From: Eledone cirrhosa
Taxonomy: Eukaryota
Direction of reading: 5' to 3'
DNA length: 64,000 nucleotides
NCBI GenBank assembly: GCA_964016885.1
Contig: OZ024742.1
Coordinates: 180,110,001-180,174,000, forward strand
Part shown: one piece after another, positions 58,680 through 64,000 of the stretch
Layout: each line of letters opens with the position of its first letter
Numbering within the stretch: position 1 is the first letter of the stretch
Translations under genes and position numbers: made by a program
Notes under the pieces: model-generated
What the model saw: the letters and a program-made list of their open reading frames with translations, nothing else
Told to the model about the DNA's origin: nothing
Databases searched by the model: none

Positions 58680-60919
58680 GCTACCAAAGTTAATGACCAT
58701 GCTTCTTCAATGCTTCCTCTGTAGATCATTCCATATATGAACTAAAGCTGGAGATTTTACATGATCACTCAAACTTCTAGAAATAGCAACTAAATCTCAC
58801 TTAAATTGCACACCAAAGTCTAAGAAAAAAGGAATGAGACATTAGGTAATGTAGTTTTTGTCAAAACAAAAACAACAAAGATTGCAGAATGTTGTTGATG
58901 TCTATCTGTATATCTTGGTTTGTCAGGTTTCATACTTGTCTATGGAGCCCTTTACTCCTGATAGAGTCATCTGTATACTGTAGTAACATAGAGTGTGTCA
59001 TGGGCATTTAAACCTGCCAGAGCCCATCCTTCTCCAGATCTGAATGAGAGTGTGAGCAATGGAGAGGATGTGAGGAAGCATTGGCCTCAGTAATTGACTG
59101 GTACTTTATCAACCCTGAAAGGTTGAAAGGCAATGTTAACCTTGGCGAGATTTGAACTGCCATTAGAATGTCCCCCACTTTCCCCATGTTCATATGAATA
59201 GTGCCTTGTTGAAAGAATCTTCCATTCTTGAATGACTCTTGAACCTAGAATTCAGTCCAAATCTCTGATGGAACTCCTATAATCCATCAGTTGAAAAAGT
59301 TTCTGGAAAAATGATGGTGGTCTTTTTATTGTTCAAGTGAATATCCGACTCTATCTGCAATATTGTATCTTTACAACAGTCAGATTAGACTGAAAACGGA
59401 GTAATGTTGCCACATCTAGGACAGTGCTGCTAAGAGCTCCATGTCCTGTTCAGAGTCACTTGTATAACCTTATCAGAGATTATCTTTCAAGCCGCTCTCT
59501 GGCATTACTCTATTGTTATTTCTACAGGAAATACTCTGATGAACTTCACTCTTTATTACCTAAAATCCAGGCATTCACAGCTTGAACCTATCTTATTAAT
59601 TCTGTTGAAGTAAACCATCCACACTTTCTTCATATACCTAACATCAAACATAAGTTTCATGGAAACAGTTTCATTCCTAGAACTTCATCTCTATGCAGTT
59701 AACTGCCCAGGGATTGCTTTCCTTGTGGCTACAACATTGACCTTTTTAAGAAAAGGGTCAATAAGTGCTTCTCCATGTCATAATTTAATCTAAACTGCCA
59801 GTTCATTCATCATTTTTGTACTTATAACTTACTCTGTAAAGTGGTAGTACAGGTGTCATGACGAAAAGTGTACAGTTCACTTTGTATTGTGCCTCAACAT
59901 AAAGTACTCTGTGAGGTGGTTTTGCCAGAATAATAATAATATTCTTCTTGTCATAATCATCATCAGCATCATCGTTTAATGTCTATTTGCAGTAGAGGCA
60001 GACCCAAAAAGATCTGGGTAGGGATTGTAAGAGCTGACTTCAAATCGCTGAGAGTCGCAGGAGATGATGAAGGAACACAACTAATGGAAAGATGCCATAC
60101 TGCGAAGGTCCTGCAAGCAAGGAAAAACTGACTTAAAAACGATGATGGTGATGGTGATGATGATATCTTTCATCTGAGATGCATTCATTAAATTAAAGTC
60201 TTCTCATTCGTACATATCTGTTAGTGTCATTTGATTGAATGTCAATAACTTCCAGTTGAAGATCTGATGGAAATAACTCAATAAAACAGTCAGATAGATT
60301 TTTGAAAAAAATAAATTGCTTTTACATTTTCACCAAGATGTTTTGAGTGAATTTAAAAGGAATTAGAGATTTGTTTGTTTTTGACAGCAGGGAAAATGTT
60401 TACAGTTAGGTAGGAGCTACAAAGTATGGTCAATTTATGTAAAAAGGCTTTCACTGTAGAGAATATGCTACATATAGATCAGAATCACCTTGCAATATTA
60501 GATAGTTATCATTAGAAGTAAATTATTAAATCAGCTAAAAATACCAATTTTCACAACCATTCACTCTTTGCAAGTAATGGTTAGGCATGATTTTCTTGTT
60601 AAAACATTATCAATCTCTATCAGAAGTTGAACAATTCATGAGATAAGTTTACCACTACTATACCTTTATGCAGTAATGTTGTACAACATATCACTCTCTC
60701 AACATTTATTTCTTCCTAAAACTGATTAAAACTAGTGATCACTGTGTGCATGTGATCAAATAAATTTTATTGTTGATATAATTGGTTCTATCACAACGTT
60801 CCTGCTGATGACAGATACAGTGAAACATGATTTTTACATCCCATACTTTCACAAGTTTGTAGACTTGTTCTCTGAAACTTTTTGCCTATATCACATATAT
60901 TTTCCCAGCATCAAGCATG

Positions 60920-60980
60920 GGAAGGAGGCAGTCATTGATGAGTGTCATTGGAAGGAGGCAGTCATTGATGAGTGTCATTG
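60920..60980. repeat. 30-bp perfect tandem duplication
   Basis: ggaaggaggcagtcattgatgagtgtcatt x2. Confidence 0.95.
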
Positions 60981-61493
60981 ACCACTCCTTATAAAACACA
61001 ATGAAAAACCCAAAACTGTCATCTGTCTGTTGAATCATTTGATCCTTTGATACCAAACCAACTGAAAGTACGTATGCTTCTATGATACAAAACTATTCAT
61101 TTTAAACCCTTTTCTTACCCTATTTCAAATGAAATACACTGCCTATGTAAATCAATTAATTTTTAAAATTCAAAGAATGTAATGAGATAGCTAACCTTTC
61201 CATTAGTAGGCTGATATCTAAAACCTTACTTAAACATTATTTAAAAAAGATTATTGAGATTTTAATATAAGTATGGACATTTTAAAATGAACAGTTGTGC
61301 ATCATAAAACTAGTGCAATTTTGTCACAATTCCTAGATTCCAGATGGGCGAAGCATTGCCAGGAAAATCTCCTAGCAGTTTAAGCCAATTTTTGAGATCA
61401 GTTTGACTTCTTTATTTCTTTTAACTTTCATTGCATGCATCTTCCAGAAAATCAGAGACAACATTCAGTCTGGTCACACTAGACTGTATATAA

Positions 61494-61638
61494 CAGGCAT
61501 GTCAAACTTGTGGCCTGCGCAAAGGTTTTTACAGTGCAAGCATGTTTTATCTTCATAATATAAAATAAAAAAATTTGTTGTAATGTGCACATATGTGACC
61601 CATGTGGCCCTCAGGGGACCCTCAGTTTGACATGCCTG
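61494..61638. mobile_element. hAT-superfamily MITE, 145 bp
   Basis: 15-bp TIR CAGGCATGTCAAACT/AGTTTGACATGCCTG with an 8-bp TSD GTATATAA on both sides. Confidence 0.92.
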
Positions 61639-62914
61639 GTATATAAGACAGAGGCTTTACACTTTAACATGTAGTATGCTGCATTTAGATACAAATTACC
61701 TTTCCAACAGTTAACTTTTCTCTGCACTTTTATCTCTTGATACTCTTGAGAAGCACACAAAGGTTATATAATCTCTTTTTTTTCTATATATATGAGGCTG
61801 AATGCATATGTAAAAAATTAATTATTATTATTATTATTATTATTATTAGTTCAGACATATGTCTACCAGCATGAAGTATATTGTGTACTTGTCAGATAAA
61901 GAATGAATCAAATGTGGATAAATAAATAGAAAATATATATTAAATGAATACAACAGAAAAATAGAGAGAAAGACTCATGTAGAAATATAATCATTGAAGA
62001 TGTTGTGAAGTAGAAAACAAGTTATGGATCTAGCTGGGAGGAAGTTTAATAAGAAGCAGAGGTTTTTGCACAGATTATTGCCGCAAGTTAAAAGAACAAC
62101 ACCAACAACGATAACAGTAACAGCAACAACAAATTATTTCAGTATTATACATTGGTGGCTACTTAGAGAAGAAGGAACATCATTTTTAGTTATTATAAGT
62201 GTTTTTTTGTTTTTGTTTTATTTTTTAACATGTCAACCAATCAAAGAATGTCTTAAAAAGAAGAAAAAATAATGTATTTTAAGAGAAAAAATAAAAGAAG
62301 GAAATATGAAAAAAAATCTTGTTAAAACTCCAGGAAATAAATCCTTAGTTATCGGTCTAATACTTTTTTTTTATAATTATTGGAAATATTTTTTGAAATT
62401 GTGTACTTATGTTGGCATCTCTCCTTAGAAAGGAATAATGAAATATAGAAACAGATAAATTAAAGCAAAAACTATATAGCCTGTCATGAAAATAATAGAG
62501 CTTTGGTTAAGATGTATACTTTAAGGGATGATAGCATAATTCAAGAGACATGATTGGAGACAGAGAATAATTATTGATGGAAATAATGGGAAAATGCTGA
62601 TTGGAAATGTTTGCCAAGAAGTTTCAATGATGTAGTTATTAATGTAAGAAATATTGTAGATCTTTACATTGTGCGTGTGTGGTTTGGGTTAATTTTGTTA
62701 CATTGATATCAGTAGGGAGAGAAAATGAATCAATGTTTTTTTCATTTTCATTGAAAGAAATGAGTTTTATTAGAGTTTAGTTTCAATGAAAAACAGGTCT
62801 AGTGAAGAAAGCATATTATCCAGAATAAGAACAAGGTAGAACAATTTCAGAGAGATATTACTTCTGCTGGTAAAGATGGGACTCTTTCTCTCTCTCTAAG
62901 ATTATATGATGCCC

Positions 62915-63352
62915 ACATGGAAAGAATGATGTTGCATAGTGTAGATACAGAAGACTTGCAAAGGTTGGAGAGGAACAAATCAAGCATATGCTAGTCGATG
63001 CAGAATGTCAGCATGCATGAACAACAAAGCATGGATGAGCTGAAAGAAAAACCGGGCTTAAGAGGAATCAGATGTAACAGGCAGAAGGGAAAGCTGCCCT
63101 GATACATAGTAGGTGATACATATGGATTATGACTATTGGGTGAAGAATTGCCAGGAGTTCCAAGTAGAAGGGAATCACAAACGAGGAAGACTAAGGATGA
63201 TGTAGGCAAAAGAGGTGATTACCAGCCTTAAAATACTGAAACTCACAAAGTTGATGACACAAGAAAAATAAAAATGAAAGGAAGGGGTACTGGAAAGAAC
63301 ATGTTTAATCCATGCAAATATAGAAGAGTGGATGTAAATATGATGATAATGA
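62915..63352 (+). mobile_element. Degenerate RTE LINE 3' end
   Basis: Matches 53000-53478 (ggttggagaggaa...aagcatatgct...ataagaggaatcagatgt) and ends in gatgataatgat. Confidence 0.7.
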
Positions 63353-64000
63353 TATATGAACCTAAATTATATTGGTTTATATCAATATTCAGACATAATA
63401 TTTTACCCCTACTCAAAAGGCCTTTAAAGAACACCTGAATGTCTCCTAAAAGACTCTTAATAAACACTGAATGTACTCCCAAAATACTGTTAATAACCAC
63501 TCATTGGTTCTGGTTTCAAATTAAAAGAATATAAATATTTACCTGGATAAGATATCAGTATTAACTTAGATATAGAGTTCTCAGGTTACCTAATTGCTAT
63601 TCTTGAGTGACGATCACTGTGACCTCTAAAATTAACCCTTTCTTTACGATATTTCAAAAAAATATTACTGCTTAATATTATTAGTTAATTTGGAAAATAA
63701 TCACGAATTTGGAGGATTTAGTAATATAAATAAATTTATCATTTTTCAGCTGATGTTTGAAACATAATAAAATTTTCTTACATGAAATTGTGATGGATGT
63801 GGTTTAGATAAATATAAATACTTTAAAATAAATAGCTTTGTACCATAGAATCAGAGGTGGTATTATGTAATTTGGTGTTAGACTGATATCTACCACATTA
63901 CACACTAATATTTTCCAATGTATTTGCAATAAAGGCCTAATTTAAATCAGCTATTTCACTTCCACTAATCCAACTGATGCAAGTAGATACCATACTTAGT

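Overview
AT-rich animal genomic DNA, intergenic or intronic: I found no host protein-coding gene. It is saturated with (TA)n/(CA)n/(GAT)n microsatellites and transposon remnants. The repeat repertoire (CORE-type tRNA-SINEs, RTE LINEs and SINEs with (GAT)n tails, abundant Penelope-like elements) suggests an octopus or other cephalopod; this is inference. Most ORF-track entries are microsatellite artefacts. The real coding remnants are three Penelope-like elements (PLEs; Neptune-, Naiad- and Nematis-like), two long RTE LINEs with a PHD-type finger inside RT, Rex3/Expander-like and CR1 fragments, and Helitron helicase fragments. The most striking unannotated signal is a set of non-coding, hammerhead-ribozyme (HHR)-bearing elements inserted into (TA)n tracts, mostly as head-to-head fold-backs whose junctions fall inside the ribozyme. 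The best case is a young 464-470-bp retrozyme-like unit at 40241-41858. It has three intact minimal HHRs, an octamer motif, and an inversion junction at the predicted self-cleavage site. A second tandem family carries HHR core motifs in permuted order. All structure calls were made by eye and are not computed.
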